DNA of 39,292 bases from Octopus bimaculoides. Its lineage: Eukaryota. The notes under the pieces are model-generated. The model was given only the letters and a program-made list of their open reading frames with translations. It was not told the origin of the DNA and did no database searches. Numbering within the stretch: position 1 is the stretch's first letter; every line of letters starts with the position of its first letter. Shown here piece after piece: positions 37,186 to 39,292 of the stretch. The stretch covers positions 41,522,706 through 41,561,997 of the forward strand of contig NC_068994.1 of assembly GCF_001194135.2 (NCBI RefSeq), read 5' to 3'. A program made the position numbers and the translations under genes.

Positions 37186-37862
37186 CGTTGTTTTTTACTT
37201 ATATAGAAAACCGGATCATAATCAAGACATTGCTTAATGAATGATGTTGAAATGAATTTTTTTTAAAGATCATATTTAAACACTGACTGGAATTGTTGAA
37301 TTCGAGACTTTTGAATCTTAAAAAAACACACTGTATTACAAATAACATAGGAAACTGACTTCAAGCTTTAAAAGACTTCAACACAAGTATTTTGCTGTAC
37401 ATGTTTATCATTGATTCATTCAACACTGATCTAAAATAACACTGTAAAGTTTGGCATTCAGTCAAAAACTCTCCAAAAGTCTGTTTGTCTTGCAATAATG
37501 CACTTAAGCAACCATCCACAATGAATACTGCTTGCATTTAGATCACTCTGCTGTGAAGATATATCCCTTTTTGTATGGATTTACAAAAGAAAATATATGA
37601 AGGCACCTAATCCTGATGTATGATGCAGATGAGTGTATCATTCATAGGAAAAAGCAGAGATAATCAAGAAAATACATAACACTGGAAGCACCTCTGTTAT
37701 GGGTCATAAGTTTGGTGTCATTGAATCTACCATTCATTCCATTTACAAAATGATCAGAGTTGATTAATTAATCCCTTTATTTTTTAACCAACCACATATA
37801 TGATAAACATTGATAGGTGTATTAAAATTAGAAAATAAGAAATAATAACAGAAGTAATTTAC

Positions 37863-38004
37863 CTGGTATCTCCTCATAATGTCCAAGGTCTTTCTCCTTT
37901 GAGTCATGTACTCCATCCAAGTGAGAGGATGATGTTGCACTGTGGGCCATACTAGTATTGCCCTTTTCACAACCGAATATCATTGCTCTTTGCTCAATGT
38001 AGCC
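37863..38004 (-). CDS. Internal coding exon of an unidentified gene (142 nt, phase 0 to phase 1)
   Basis: Acceptor tcttttgaatttAG (38005-38006) and donor CAG|GTAAAT (37857-37862). Stop-free frame GYIEQRAMIFGCEKGNTSMAHSATSSSHLDGVHDSKEKDLGHYEEIP in unique, non-repeat sequence. Confidence 0.6.
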
Positions 38005-38486
38005 CTAAATTCAAAAGACAGCAACAGAATTAATATTATGATTGAGAAGCAAATGATTTATTTACTAACTGTAAGGCAAACTCAAAGGGTCATATATATA
38101 TGAAGTTGGGTATCCCATAAGTTTTAATGCATGCGCCTAATATGTCTTTTATGCCATCAGATGTGGTAGTTAACAGGTTTTGCTTTCATTTTTCATTATT
38201 CAGTGAGGAAACAAAAATGACTTCCTTTTCCTGAACATTTTTTACAGTATCTTTGAGACTTATTGTGGAAAGAGAGAAATAAAGAATTTCTTCGAGCTAA
38301 AGAATTGGCACTACCATTGGCAGCTGAGTGGATCCCATTAAAGCATCCAAGGACCAGTTTATTCCGGTTTTATATATGGTGTTAGAGAAAGATCAGAATC
38401 AATTAAAATTTTTGTTATACAGCTCCAAATTCCACATAACATTCACTTTTGAATATCAACAACTGTGAAACCAGTTAAGTGTGCAT

Positions 38487-38488
<2 letters not shown>

Positions 38489-38544
<56 letters not shown>
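38489..38544. repeat. (GT)n microsatellite
   Basis: Visible tandem GT. Confidence 0.95.
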
Positions 38545-38546
<2 letters not shown>

Positions 38547-38839
38547 TATATATACAAATTATACACACAGACTTGCATATTTATGTGTGTAAATGTGAGC
38601 TTATGGTAAAAATACACCAATGATACTGGTCTTTGGCAAGAAGATAATTCCAATAATACTTTTAAAATGCAGCAAGAATCATACTGGATTTGAATAACTA
38701 AACAGTATATGACAAATATAATTGATGTTTTATCTAGCAAAGATGTAGCATGTTCATACTATTTGGCTCATATTTTGTTTAATGTATGAACATAGTTTAA
38801 ACACAAATTTTATCTAACTGTTTTCTTGTCATTATCTTT

Positions 38840-39045
38840 TACTCATTTCAGTCATTGAACTGTGGCCATGCTGGGGCACTATTTTGAAGGGCTTAACTTG
38901 AATGAACCGACCTCTGTACTCTTTCTTTTTTTTAATCTGGTTCTTATTGTGTTGATCTCTTATGCTGAATTGTTAAGTTACAGGAACGTAAACAAACTAA
39001 CATCAGCTATTGAGTGATGGAAGATGACAAACAATGACACACACA
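38840..39045 (-). mobile_element. SINE tail half (13245-type), old
   Basis: 'actcatttcagtcattgaactgtggccatgctggggcact...gaattgttaagttacaggaacgtaaac'. Confidence 0.75.
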
Positions 39046-39057
39046 CATACACAGATA

Positions 39058-39292
39058 TCATCATCATCATCGTTTAACGTCCGCTTTCCATGCTAGCATG
39101 GGTTGGACGATTTGACTGAGGACTGGTGAAACCGGATGGCAACACCAGGCTCCAGTCTGATTTGGCAGAGTTTCTACAGCTGGATGCCCTTCCTAACGCC
39201 AACCACTCAGAGAGTGTAGTGGGTGCTTTTACGTGTCACCCGCACGAAAACGGCCACGCTCGAAATGGTGTCTTTTATGTGCCACCCGCACA
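39058..39292 (-). mobile_element. Young SINE with (CAT)n tail, running off the window end
   Basis: 'catcatcatcgtttaacgtccgctttccatgctagcatgggttggacg...ggatgcccttcctaacgccaacc'; CpGs intact. Confidence 0.85.

Overview
Eukaryotic, AT-rich, repeat-dominated window from a short-read draft assembly. N gaps lie at 1801-1810, 2302-2773, 11597-12371, 13941-14472, 25663-26262 and 28069-28168. The SINE families and the (TA)n/(CA)n/(GATA)n density look like an octopus genome; this is recognition from memory, not a database hit. There is no complete gene, rRNA, tRNA or CRISPR array. Content: many tRNA-derived SINEs; DNA-transposon MITEs (mariner-, hAT- and piggyBac-like); a decayed Tc1 (DD34E) transposase interrupted by a piggyBac-like MITE; a hAT deletion derivative that keeps the transposase C-terminal codons; and one convincing isolated coding exon on the minus strand (37863-38004) plus weaker micro-exon candidates. 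The most interesting signal is a set of minimal type I hammerhead-ribozyme motifs with a palindromic stem III, the form known from Penelope-like retroelement pseudo-LTRs. Two copies sit back-to-back in a long inverted repeat (11069-11385), and two unrelated decayed motifs lie at 16281-16320 (-) and 28957-28992 (+). Almost all ORFs in the supplied track are microsatellite, N-gap or chance artefacts.
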